Positions 9,538-18,299 of a DNA stretch of 64,000 nt are shown here, piece by piece. The translations under genes and the position numbers were made by a program. The notes below the pieces were generated by a model. That model saw only the letters and a program-made list of their open reading frames with translations. It was not told the DNA's origin and made no database searches. Every line of letters begins with the position of its first letter. The first letter of the stretch is position 1. This DNA comes from an uncultured Chloroflexia bacterium (GTDB lineage: Bacteria > Chloroflexota > Limnocylindria > Limnocylindrales > CSP1-4), in contig CAWDEW010000007.1 of the NCBI GenBank assembly GCA_963801445.1, positions 56,692 through 120,691 on the forward strand, in the 5' to 3' direction.

Positions 9538-10557
9538 GTGCCTGAGTTGTCGACGCTCGCCGCCGCGCTGGTCATTGCGCTCGTCCCGTCGGCGATCTAC
9601 CTGTTCGTCCTGAACGCGATCGATCGCTACGAGAAGGAGCCCTGGACCTTCCTCCTCGCGAGCGTCGGCCTGGGCGCCGTGGTCGCCCCGCTCCTGACGA
9701 TCGCCTTCCTCGCCCTGACCGGCCGGCCGACCGCGCTCGTACCCGCCTTCGCGCCCGGCCCGAACGCGGACCCGGTGCTGGGGATCGTCGAGGAGCTCAT
9801 CAAGGGCGGCCTGCTCTATGCGCTGGTCCACAGCGTGCGCGACGAGTTCGACGACGTCCTCGACGGCGTCGTCTACGGCGCCGCCCTCGGCGCGGGCTTC
9901 GGAGCCGCGGAGAGCTTCGCCTACGCCCTGGGTGGCACGAGCCTGCTGGGCGGGGGCACGATCGTCGCCCTCGTGATCGCGGGCCTCAACCAGGCCTTCT
10001 ACAGCTCCGTCCTGGGGGCCATCCTTGGAGCGGCGCAGCACATGGTGCGCGGCCGCCGCCTCATCGTCGTCGGCCTGGCCTTTGCCACCGTGGCGCTGCT
10101 CCACTCCTTCCACGACACGTTCCCCCTGGTCCTCTCGCGGGTCGTCGGACAGCCCGACGCGGCCGCCGGCGTCGCGACCCGGTCGGCCGCGAACGTCATC
10201 AACTGGCTGGGGATCCTGACGCTGGCGGTGACGGTCGTGGTGGCCTGGCGACGCGAAGCCAGGATCCTGCGCGCTGAGCTCCACGACGAGGTCGCGGCGG
10301 GCCTCGTCAGCGATTCGGACTACGCGACGATCACCTCGTTCGGCGGCCGGCTGGGCCGCCAGGCGGCCCTCCTCCGGACCGCCGGCCTGCGCCCGGTGCT
10401 GCAGCTCCGGCGACGCTACGCGGCGGAGGGCGAGCTCGCCTTCCACAAGTGGCACAGCACCGTCCGGGCCAATCGGACGCCGTCGCCGGCGCGGGGCGAT
10501 GAGCTCCGGGCGCTGATCCGATCGCTCCAGCCCGACGCGACGGAGGAGCCCCGATGA
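9538..10557 (+). CDS. PrsW family glutamic-type intramembrane protease
   Basis: DRYEKEPW, VEELIKG (E85 E86 K89), DGVVYGA..GFGAAE, LLHSFHD; multiple TM helices; cytoplasmic tail ending ELAFHK. Confidence 0.85.
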   Translation: MPELSTLAAALVIALVPSAIYLFVLNAIDRYEKEPWTFLLASVGLGAVVAPLLTIAFLALTGRPTALVPAFAPGPNADPVLGIVEELIKGGLLYALVHSVRDEFDDVLDGVVYGAALGAGFGAAESFAYALGGTSLLGGGTIVALVIAGLNQAFYSSVLGAILGAAQHMVRGRRLIVVGLAFATVALLHSFHDTFPLVLSRVVGQPDAAAGVATRSAANVINWLGILTLAVTVVVAWRREARILRAELHDEVAAGLVSDSDYATITSFGGRLGRQAALLRTAGLRPVLQLRRRYAAEGELAFHKWHSTVRANRTPSPARGDELRALIRSLQPDATEEPR

Positions 10558-12305
10558 CGAAGCGCCTCCTGACCCTCCTGCTCGCACTCGCCCTTGCCGC
10601 CGCCGCCTGCTCGGGCGGCGCGACGACGGCCCCCGACGCGACCGCGGCCGCCTCGGCGGACGCCGGCAGCACCCCGGGCGGCCAGCCCACCGACAGCCCC
10701 GCCGCGCCGACCGCGGCGCCGGCCCGCACGCCGGCGGTTCCCGCGCCCGCCCAGCCCGCCTCGGTCGGGCAGGCGATCCTCTACCACCTCCTGCTGGCGA
10801 CCGACATCTCCAGTGACGGGACCCCGGTGGGCACCGGCACGAGCTTCCCGAGCGGGACGAAGACGATCCTCGGGCTCCTCGGGTGGAGCGTGGTCGAGCC
10901 GGGCACCGAGCTCAAGCTGCGGCTCTTCCAGGGCGACCGCTTCGTCTACGAGACCAGCCACACGGTGGTGAGTGGCCACCCGGGCTCCACCGGTGACGGC
11001 GTGGGCTTCGTCTTCCCGCTGGTCTCCGCGGACGGGTTCCCGGATGGGGACTACGCGATCGAGGTCGACTACAACGGCGTTCCCGACGAGGTCGTCTCGT
11101 TCGTCGTCGGAGGCACGGCGACCGGCGACGAGCTCCTGGGGTCCGGCAGTGCCAGCGGCCCGATCCCGTACAAGGACCCCGCGGAGGTCCTGGTGGTCAC
11201 CCGCGTCGACGCCCTCAAGGCGAAGCTCGGCGCCGACGGTGACGCCGTGCTCGCCGCGGCCGCCCGGGTGGGTGAGGTCCATGACCTCGACGAGGGCGGC
11301 GTGACCCGCAGCACGCCCGAGCTGGCCATTCCCGAGGTCCAGCGCCTGCTCAAGGCCGGCCGCTGGAAGTACCTGCTGATCCTGGGCAACGACGACGTCG
11401 TCCCGTTCGCCCATGTCGCCAACCCGGTCGGCGCGTCGGAGAAGTCGGCCCTCGACGGCTGGCAGCTGCCCTCGGACTGGCTGCCCTCCGACGACCCCTA
11501 CACGGATCTCAACGCTGACCCGTACGGCATCCCGGACCTCCCGACGGCCCGGATCCCGAGCAGCGAGGACGCCCAGCTCCTCCTGACCCAGCTGGGCGAG
11601 GTCGTGCCGCCCGACGGCGGAGCGTTCGCCCTCGTCAACGCCGAGCGCAAGAACCAGGCCGGCGTGGTGATCGGCGCCATCGACCAGAAGGTCCAGGTCC
11701 AGCTGCGCTACTCGCCGCCGTCCGACGCGACCTCCTTCGGCGCCGACCCGGCCGCGAAGACATCGCGCTACCTGTACGTCCTCCTGCACGGGATCGGGGT
11801 CCTCACGAACGTCTGGTCCACGAACACGATCTCCTGGCAGGCGGCGAGCGGCAGCCAGCCGTACGACGCCGAATGGGTCGTCACCGAATCCCAGCAGATG
11901 GACGCCCTCTCGATCGCCACGAATCCCACCAGCGGTGGGGTCGTCCAGATCGGTGCCTGCTATGGGGCCTGGACGCTCGACACCGTGCAGGAGCCGACCC
12001 ACAAGACGGCGGATAACAGCCTGGCCCTGCACTTCCTGAAGGGCGGCGCCCGGGCGTACGTCGCGGACACCCACCTCTCGTACAGCACGCTGATGGGGCC
12101 CAGCGACACGCCCCGCGGGCGAACCGGCTTCGAGCTGCTCTTCTGGCGGGGGATCAACGACGGGCTTACCCCGATCGACGCCTTCTTCAAGGCGAAGGAG
12201 GGGATCGGCGCCGCGATCGACACGCTCATCCAGGAGGGCAACGTCGACTCCGCGAAGGTTGACGAGAAGACGCTCCACTACATGGTCTACTTCGGTCGGC
12301 CATGA
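10554..12305 (+). CDS. Lipoprotein with C25 (gingipain-like, clan CD) cysteine peptidase domain
   Basis: Lipobox LAAAAC19; YLLILGNDDVVP, PSDDPYTDL, PTARIP, catalytic-type LHG (H412) and GACYG (C469), GGARAYVA..SY, terminal YFGRP (cf. LLGDP). Confidence 0.7.
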   Translation: MTKRLLTLLLALALAAAACSGGATTAPDATAAASADAGSTPGGQPTDSPAAPTAAPARTPAVPAPAQPASVGQAILYHLLLATDISSDGTPVGTGTSFPSGTKTILGLLGWSVVEPGTELKLRLFQGDRFVYETSHTVVSGHPGSTGDGVGFVFPLVSADGFPDGDYAIEVDYNGVPDEVVSFVVGGTATGDELLGSGSASGPIPYKDPAEVLVVTRVDALKAKLGADGDAVLAAAARVGEVHDLDEGGVTRSTPELAIPEVQRLLKAGRWKYLLILGNDDVVPFAHVANPVGASEKSALDGWQLPSDWLPSDDPYTDLNADPYGIPDLPTARIPSSEDAQLLLTQLGEVVPPDGGAFALVNAERKNQAGVVIGAIDQKVQVQLRYSPPSDATSFGADPAAKTSRYLYVLLHGIGVLTNVWSTNTISWQAASGSQPYDAEWVVTESQQMDALSIATNPTSGGVVQIGACYGAWTLDTVQEPTHKTADNSLALHFLKGGARAYVADTHLSYSTLMGPSDTPRGRTGFELLFWRGINDGLTPIDAFFKAKEGIGAAIDTLIQEGNVDSAKVDEKTLHYMVYFGRP

Positions 12306-12652
12306 GACGCTTCCCCGTCCTCGTCGCCAGCTGGACCCTGCTCCTGGTCGCAGGATTCGCCGTCGTGTTCCTCCTTGGCCGGCCGGTTGGCACCTCGAGC
12401 GACGAGCTCGCCGCCGCGATGCACCCCGTGCCGCCCGTGACCCAGCAGGCCGCCGAGGCCGCGGCGGACACGATCGTCCGGATCCAGTACCCCACCTTCA
12501 CGGGCCTCCCGCGGACCACCGTCCTGGCCACCGACTTCAACGTCGAGCACTGGGTCGTGGAGTACACGGACCGTTCCGGGTCCGCGCCCCGCGGCCTCCG
12601 GATCTCGATCGGGAAGGCCAGCGGCCGCGTCGAGGTCAACAGCTACCCGTGA
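12302..12652 (+). CDS. Small membrane-anchored protein, PepSY-like domain
   Basis: N-terminal TM helix, then VTQQAAEAAA...HWVVEY...LRISIGKASGRV resembling the PepSY signature; ATGA overlap with upstream gene. Confidence 0.55.
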   Translation: MRRFPVLVASWTLLLVAGFAVVFLLGRPVGTSSDELAAAMHPVPPVTQQAAEAAADTIVRIQYPTFTGLPRTTVLATDFNVEHWVVEYTDRSGSAPRGLRISIGKASGRVEVNSYP

Positions 12653-12711
12653 GCTCCACCGGTCAGGTCAGCATGGGTCGGCCCGCCTGAGGGTCGACCA
12701 GGAGGGTCGCA

Positions 12712-13860
12712 ATGCGCTGTGCCCAGTGTGAGCGGGACGTGCCGGATGGCGCGTTCTGCACCGTCTGCGGGGCCCGCCAGGGCTCCGGCGAGAGCGGGGG
12801 AGGCGGCAAGGGCCTGGATCGCTTTGCCGCCGCACCGGGTGAGTCTCTGGTGAGCCCCACCAGCATCTTCTCGACTCTCTTCCCGCACCTCGGCCACAAC
12901 GAGGTCAACGAGTTCAAGTGGGTCTTCGTCGGGGGCATCGTGGTCCTCGCCGCCCTCTCGCTGCTCGGCCTGCTGACCGCCGCGATCCTCCTCTCCGCGT
13001 TCCTCGTGCCCGTCCTCTACCTGATGTACCTCTACGAGGTCCGGATCTACCGTGACGCCCCGATCCCGGTGGTCGGGCTCACGGTCGGTGGCGGGCTCCT
13101 CCTCGGCGTGGTGGTGACCCTCATCGCGAACCAGCTGGTGGTCCCCCTCGTCGACATCCAGGTCACCCCGTTCGGCACGATCCTCGACCTGCCGACGCTC
13201 CTGGCCGGGGCCGTGCTGGTCCCCCTCGTCGCCGAGGTGGTCAAGCCGATCCCGGCGCTCCTCCTGCACGGGCGCAAGGACATCCCCGAGACGGTCGATG
13301 GCCTCGTGCTCGGCGTCGCGGCCGGGCTGGGCTTCTCCGCGGCGGCGACGATCGTCAACTTTGCCGGGATCCTGACCGGCTCCGGGATCAACACCGCGGT
13401 CGCCGGATGGGTCTACCCGCTCATCTCCATCGCCATCTTCGCGCCGCTCATGGCGGGCAGCACGACGGGCCTCATCACGGCCGCCCTCTGGCGTCGTCTC
13501 GGCCACGGGACGTTCGGCCGCCTCGAGCTGGGCGGCGTCGCGCTCGCCCTCGTGATGGCCGTCCTCTTCGTCCTGGGCGATCGCATCGTGGTCGGGTTCG
13601 GCCTGCCGGGTCTCCTGGGCCTGGCCTGGCAGTTCGTGAGCGTCGCGATCGTCGTCGTCTTCCTGCGGATCGTCCTGCACGCGGCGCTCGTCGAGGAGGC
13701 CGGCAGCGCGGGCCTCGCCTACACGACCTGCCCGAACTGCCGCACGGACATCATTGCCGCCGGGTTCTGCCCATCGTGCGGGATGGCCCTGGGGGCCGCC
13801 CCGGCCTCCGTTCGCGATGCCCGCGTCGGTACCGAGCCCGACGGAAAGGTGGGTGCGTGA
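12712..13860 (+). CDS. Zinc-ribbon / PrsW-like membrane protein with degenerate catalytic motifs
   Basis: N-terminal CxxC-x10-CxxCG and C-terminal CPNC..CPSCG; PrsW-like LMYLYE, VAEVVKP, DGLVLGVAAGLGF; GGAGGG RBS. Confidence 0.75.
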   Translation: MRCAQCERDVPDGAFCTVCGARQGSGESGGGGKGLDRFAAAPGESLVSPTSIFSTLFPHLGHNEVNEFKWVFVGGIVVLAALSLLGLLTAAILLSAFLVPVLYLMYLYEVRIYRDAPIPVVGLTVGGGLLLGVVVTLIANQLVVPLVDIQVTPFGTILDLPTLLAGAVLVPLVAEVVKPIPALLLHGRKDIPETVDGLVLGVAAGLGFSAAATIVNFAGILTGSGINTAVAGWVYPLISIAIFAPLMAGSTTGLITAALWRRLGHGTFGRLELGGVALALVMAVLFVLGDRIVVGFGLPGLLGLAWQFVSVAIVVVFLRIVLHAALVEEAGSAGLAYTTCPNCRTDIIAAGFCPSCGMALGAAPASVRDARVGTEPDGKVGA

Positions 13861-14894
13861 TGGCACTCGTCTGTCCCGCCTGCGGGACCGCCAACGGTGA
13901 CGCAAGCCGCTTCTGCAGCAACTGCGCCTCCCCGCTGCCGGCCGCGGCTCCTGCGGCCGCCGCGCCGCCGCCCGCGCCGGTTCCTCCTCAGCCGGTCGCC
14001 CCGGCGCCCCAGGCGTGGGCGCCCGCGCCTCCGCCGTCGTGGACCCCACCGCCCGGCGCGCCGCCGCCCGGATGGGGCCAGGCCCCCGCGGGATGGCCGG
14101 CCGGCGCCGTGCCCCCCGGCTACCCGACCTACGCACCCGCCCCGGCCGCCCGGCGACGCCCCGTCGGGCTCCTCGTCGGCGGCGCCGTCGTCGCGCTCCT
14201 CGTCCTCGTCGGCGGCGGGGTCGCCGCGGCGTCGATCCTGTCCAAGCCCACGCCCAGCCCGGTGATCCCGCTCCCGCCGACCCCGGCGCCGAGCACGGCC
14301 GTCCGGCCCACCCCGACACCGGCTTCGTCGTCCGGCCCGGTCGTGACGGCACCGCCCGTCGTGATCGTCACGCCCGGCCCGGTCGTCACCAGCCAGCCGA
14401 CGCAGGCACCACAGCCCACGGCTCCGCCCAACGGACAGACCGTGGACGTGACCAACATCTCGGTGGTCGTCCCGCCGCCCTGGACCGTGTCCGACAAGCA
14501 GGACTACGCCATCACGCTGCTGTACGCCAAGAAGGGCGCGATGTCGCTCGTCAGCGGGACGCTGAAGACCGCGACGACTCCGACGGCCTGGCTCCAGGGG
14601 GTGCTCGCCGACGTCCAGAAGAACGATCCGAATGCCGCCTTCTGCAAGGAGCCGCAGGACTTCCAGCTCGCGAATGGGCCGGCCGGGAAGATCGCGGCGA
14701 TCTGCTACACGCATACGCCGCAGGGCGGCCAGGCCACGAAGCTCGTCGAGGTCCAGGCGGTCGGCGTGGACAGCGCCGGCACGACGCTCTTCATCGCCGA
14801 CATCGTCGCGCCGGACACGAACATCGACGAGGTCCTGCAGGCCGCCGACCAGGTCCTCCCCTCGGTCACCTGGAAGCTGTTCAAGGCGGGCTAG
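13860..14894 (+). CDS. Single-pass protein: cytoplasmic zinc ribbon, Pro-rich linker, TM helix, Pro/Thr stalk, extracellular domain
   Basis: MALVCPACGTANGDASRFCSNCA; one TM helix; TGATG coupling to upstream gene. Confidence 0.75.
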   Translation: MALVCPACGTANGDASRFCSNCASPLPAAAPAAAAPPPAPVPPQPVAPAPQAWAPAPPPSWTPPPGAPPPGWGQAPAGWPAGAVPPGYPTYAPAPAARRRPVGLLVGGAVVALLVLVGGGVAAASILSKPTPSPVIPLPPTPAPSTAVRPTPTPASSSGPVVTAPPVVIVTPGPVVTSQPTQAPQPTAPPNGQTVDVTNISVVVPPPWTVSDKQDYAITLLYAKKGAMSLVSGTLKTATTPTAWLQGVLADVQKNDPNAAFCKEPQDFQLANGPAGKIAAICYTHTPQGGQATKLVEVQAVGVDSAGTTLFIADIVAPDTNIDEVLQAADQVLPSVTWKLFKAG

Positions 14895-14972
14895 CCGGAG
14901 GCCCGGCGGGGCCGGTCGATCGCGGCCGCCCCGCCCGGACCCTCGGCCCTGCGCCGGTGCCCGGCGGGGCAC

Positions 14973-15590
14973 CTATGATCGCGACCCTCCGGGCGCGGCC
15001 CGGCGCTCCAGCCGGGCGAGCCACGCCTCGACCCGGCCGCCGGGCAGCCGTGTCTCGAGCCATTCGGGCTCGATCGCGACGACGCGCCAGCCGGTCAGGC
15101 GGGTGAACGTCCGCCTGATCTCTCGGCGAGAGACGCGCCGCGGGCCGTAGCCGAACGGATTCCGGTCGCTCCAGCAGACGACCAGGGCGCGACCCCCCGG
15201 GCGGACGGCCGAAGCGAGGCTGTGCGCGTAGGGCGCGGCGCCCCGCTCGTCCAGGGCGTGGAACAGCCCGACGTCCAGGGCGACGTCGAAGGTCCGGCCC
15301 AGGTCCCGGAGCCGGAGCGCATCGCCGACCACGAAGTCGGCCGCGACATCGCGAGCCGCGGCCTTCTCGCGCGCCCGTCGGATGGCCTCGGGCACGAGGT
15401 CGATGCCGGTCACCGCGTGGCCCCCGGCGGCCAGGAGCAGGGCGTGCTCGCCGGTTCCGCATCCGACGTCGAGGATCGAGCTCGGTGGAGGCCCGAACGC
15501 CTCGCTCTCGAGGAGCCGGATCACGACGCCCTGCGCCCGCCCGATCTCCCAGCTCGGCGTGCCCTCGTAGGCGATCTCGAAGAAGGTCAT
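14973..15590 (-). CDS. Class I SAM-dependent methyltransferase
   Basis: PSWEIGRAQ, ILDVGCGTGEH, VTGID, FDVALDVGLFH. Confidence 0.88.
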   Translation of the reverse strand: MTFFEIAYEGTPSWEIGRAQGVVIRLLESEAFGPPPSSILDVGCGTGEHALLLAAGGHAVTGIDLVPEAIRRAREKAAARDVAADFVVGDALRLRDLGRTFDVALDVGLFHALDERGAAPYAHSLASAVRPGGRALVVCWSDRNPFGYGPRRVSRREIRRTFTRLTGWRVVAIEPEWLETRLPGGRVEAWLARLERRAAPGGSRS

Positions 15591-15651
15591 CTGTCCGTCC
15601 CGGGTCTCCGCCGCGCAACGCGGCGTCGTGCCTCGAGGACTGTAGACCGGA

Positions 15652-16503
15652 CTAGAGCATCCCGCCGTTGGGGATGAAGCGGGCCGGATCCACCAGGCCC
15701 GGCTCCGAGGCCATGAACTGGTCTCGGTCGGTCACCCTGAACCGGGCCGCGAGGAGCGCGGGCAGGGCCGGGCTGGGACCCTGGATGGAGGCCAGCACGG
15801 GTCCACCGCGGGCCGCGCGGCGGATTGCCGCCATCGTCGCGGGGAGCGGGTCGGTGGCAGGGCGGACGAGCAGGCGCTCGAGGACCCGGGTCGCGCTGAC
15901 CTGGCGGGCGCGGGCGTAGCCGAAGGCGACCGGCTCGCCGGCCGAGAGCACGACGAAGGCGTCCGCCTCGGCCTGGGAGGCCCAGAACTCGTGGTCCGCC
16001 GAACGTTCCGTGCCGTTCCAGGCGAGCTCGAGGCCGGCCAGCAGCGCGGCGTCTGCCCGATCGACGTCCAGCGGTTCGCCGGCGGCGATCAGCAGGGCCG
16101 CGTCCCCCTCGAGGTGGAGGCTGGGCCAGAGCGGCGCCATGCCGGCCCGGACGTAGAGGGGCAGGGCCCGCGGGTCGTCGGAGGCGAACGTCGTCCGCCG
16201 GGATGAGCCCTCGAAGACCGCGGCGAGGAGCGGCCGCCCGATCCCGCGGCCCAGGAGGTCCGGCCGGACGAACAGGTCGGCGAGGTGGACGGCGACGCCC
16301 GCGTCGACGGCCGCGCCATAGGCCACGACCTCGCCGTCCAGCTCGCTCACGAACGCCCGGCCATGCTGGACGACGTGGCGCACGTACGGCCCGACGATGT
16401 CGACGGTCGTGATCGGGCCGTCGTTCCCGTGGGCGGCGAGGATCGAGCGGATCGCCGGGACGTCGTCGAGGCTCGCGCGCCGGATCTCCGGATCGACAGG
16501 CAC
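15652..16503 (-). CDS. GNAT family N-acetyltransferase
   Basis: LADLFVRPDLLGRGIGRPLL (acetyl-CoA motif A), ALPLYVRAGM; GTG at 16503. Confidence 0.8.
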   Translation of the reverse strand: MPVDPEIRRASLDDVPAIRSILAAHGNDGPITTVDIVGPYVRHVVQHGRAFVSELDGEVVAYGAAVDAGVAVHLADLFVRPDLLGRGIGRPLLAAVFEGSSRRTTFASDDPRALPLYVRAGMAPLWPSLHLEGDAALLIAAGEPLDVDRADAALLAGLELAWNGTERSADHEFWASQAEADAFVVLSAGEPVAFGYARARQVSATRVLERLLVRPATDPLPATMAAIRRAARGGPVLASIQGPSPALPALLAARFRVTDRDQFMASEPGLVDPARFIPNGGML

Positions 16504-16507
16504 GGGG

Positions 16508-17554
16508 CTACCCGGCCAGCCGTTCGGCGAGGTAGCGGATCGCGATCGGGTAGCGGTACTCGATCGCCCCGTGCTTCGCATCGAACAGCTCGAAGAACGG
16601 CTCGGCGGTCCCGGCCGCGACGCACGCCCGACGGAATGCCTCCGCTCCGAGGTCGAGGAAGTACTCGTCGCGCGTCCCCGCATCGACGTAGATCGCGCGC
16701 AGGGAGCGCAGCGCCGCCGCGCCCTGGCTCGTCCGCGCCAGGCGCACCGGGTCGAGCTCCAGCCAGCGGGCCCACGTCCCGGGGACCAGCTCCCCGGTGG
16801 CCGGGTCGAACGGGTGGCGAATCGTCCCGTCGGCGTCCGCCGAGTAGCAGGCCGCGTAGCCGTGCGCTTCGAGGACCGACTCGTCGCCGGGCCGGCTGAA
16901 GGCGGGACGCGACCGGAAGTCGGCCAGCCAGCGCTCGAACGAGCCGTCGTAGTGGTCCCGCAGGGTCCGGGCTGCCTGCGCGAACATCGGGCCGTAGCAG
17001 ACCTCGAAGAGGGCGTCCCCGGAATGGGTGGCCAGCCCGCCGAAGAGGTCGGGCCGCAGCATCGGCGTGATCATCGCCCCGTACCCGCCGCTGGACTTGC
17101 CCGTGATCCCGCGATGCTCGCGCGCCGCCAGCGTGCGGTACCGGCCGTCGACGAACGGGACGACCTCGTCGCAGAGATACGTGTGATAGCGCCCGGTGCC
17201 CGGCGAGTCCAGGTACTGGCTCCCTCCCAGCGAGGTCCAGCAGTCCACGAAGACGACGATGGCCGCAGGGGGTGAACCGACGCCGGGGCCCTCGCCCGAG
17301 AACAGGGCGTCGACGTTCTCGGGCGTCGTGCGCCGGAAGGCGGCCCGGTTCCGCCACATGTCCACCTGCCCGGTCATGCCCTGGATCACGTAGATCGTCG
17401 GGTAGCGGCGATCCGCCTCATCGTCGTAGCCGGGCGGAAGGTAGACCCAGAGCGGCCGCTCGGCGGGGTCCCCGAGCGCGTTCCCGACCAGCGCGCGGCT
17501 CTCGATGACCAGCTCCTCGAGGCGACCGCGGAACGACCTTGACCACGGATGCAC
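16508..17554 (-). CDS. Alpha/beta-hydrolase esterase (enterochelin esterase-like family)
   Basis: WVYLPPGYD, YPTIY, nucleophile elbow GKSSGGYGA, YVDAGTRDEY; GTG at 17554 after a purine-rich RBS. Confidence 0.85.
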   Translation of the reverse strand: MHPWSRSFRGRLEELVIESRALVGNALGDPAERPLWVYLPPGYDDEADRRYPTIYVIQGMTGQVDMWRNRAAFRRTTPENVDALFSGEGPGVGSPPAAIVVFVDCWTSLGGSQYLDSPGTGRYHTYLCDEVVPFVDGRYRTLAAREHRGITGKSSGGYGAMITPMLRPDLFGGLATHSGDALFEVCYGPMFAQAARTLRDHYDGSFERWLADFRSRPAFSRPGDESVLEAHGYAACYSADADGTIRHPFDPATGELVPGTWARWLELDPVRLARTSQGAAALRSLRAIYVDAGTRDEYFLDLGAEAFRRACVAAGTAEPFFELFDAKHGAIEYRYPIAIRYLAERLAG

Positions 17555-17671
17555 GGCGACCTCTCCCCTCGCTGCGGGTGGACCAAGAGCCGAATCGTAC
17601 CCGCCCGGGCCGCTCTCTTGCCCCGTCACGACGATCCGGGCGCCACGCTGGCGGGCTTCGATCCGCAGGTC

Positions 17672-17715
17672 CTGAACGTTCAGTATTGACTGACATTTAT
17701 GAATCACAGTAGAAT
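17672..17715 (+). promoter_or_regulatory. Sigma70-type promoter (TTGACT-N18-TAGAAT) with overlapping palindromic operator
   Basis: -35 at 17686-17691, -10 at 17710-17715, ATG 7 nt downstream; CTGAACGTTCAG and TTCAG-N6-CTGAC inverted repeats overlap the -35. Confidence 0.7.
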
Positions 17716-17722
17716 ACGGGGC

Positions 17723-18235
17723 ATGACGCCAGGCGAAGCGGTGTTCATCGAGGAGATGGGCCAGTTCCTCGGCGCGAGCGGCATGACGCCGATGGCGGGC
17801 CGGATGTGGGGCTGGCTGCTCATCTGCGATCCACCGGAGCAGACCGCCTCCGACCTCGCCGAGGCGCTCCACGCGAGCCGGGGGGCGATCAGCGGCACCG
17901 CCCGCCTGCTGGCCTCGGCGGGGATGATCCGGCGGACGCACCGCCGCGGCGACCGCCGCGAGTACTTCCTGGCGCCGCCCGGCGCCCTCGAGGCGCTGCT
18001 CGCCGGGGCCGGCGCCATGTACGGGCGGTTCCGGCAGATCACGGGCGACGGTCTCGACGTGCTGGCCGATCGACCCACGGCCGCGCGGGCGCGTCTCCAG
18101 GAAGTCCACGACGCCTACGTGTTCTTCGAACGCGAGTACCCGGCCCTCATCGGGCGCTACCTGGACCAGCGTCGCGCACTCCTGCTGCCCCAGGTCGACG
18201 GTGATGCCGGGCCGGCAGAGGGAAACGTAGCGTGA
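17723..18235 (+). CDS. GbsR/MarR family transcriptional regulator
   Basis: FIEEMG..GMTPMAGRMWGWLLIC, ASRGAISG, GDRREYF. Confidence 0.85.
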   Translation: MTPGEAVFIEEMGQFLGASGMTPMAGRMWGWLLICDPPEQTASDLAEALHASRGAISGTARLLASAGMIRRTHRRGDRREYFLAPPGALEALLAGAGAMYGRFRQITGDGLDVLADRPTAARARLQEVHDAYVFFEREYPALIGRYLDQRRALLLPQVDGDAGPAEGNVA

Positions 18236-18299
18236 TCAGTGACGGGACCCGCCCCCGGGTGGCGCGCGGCCCGCGAAGGCCGCCAGGAAGGAGCGTCCC

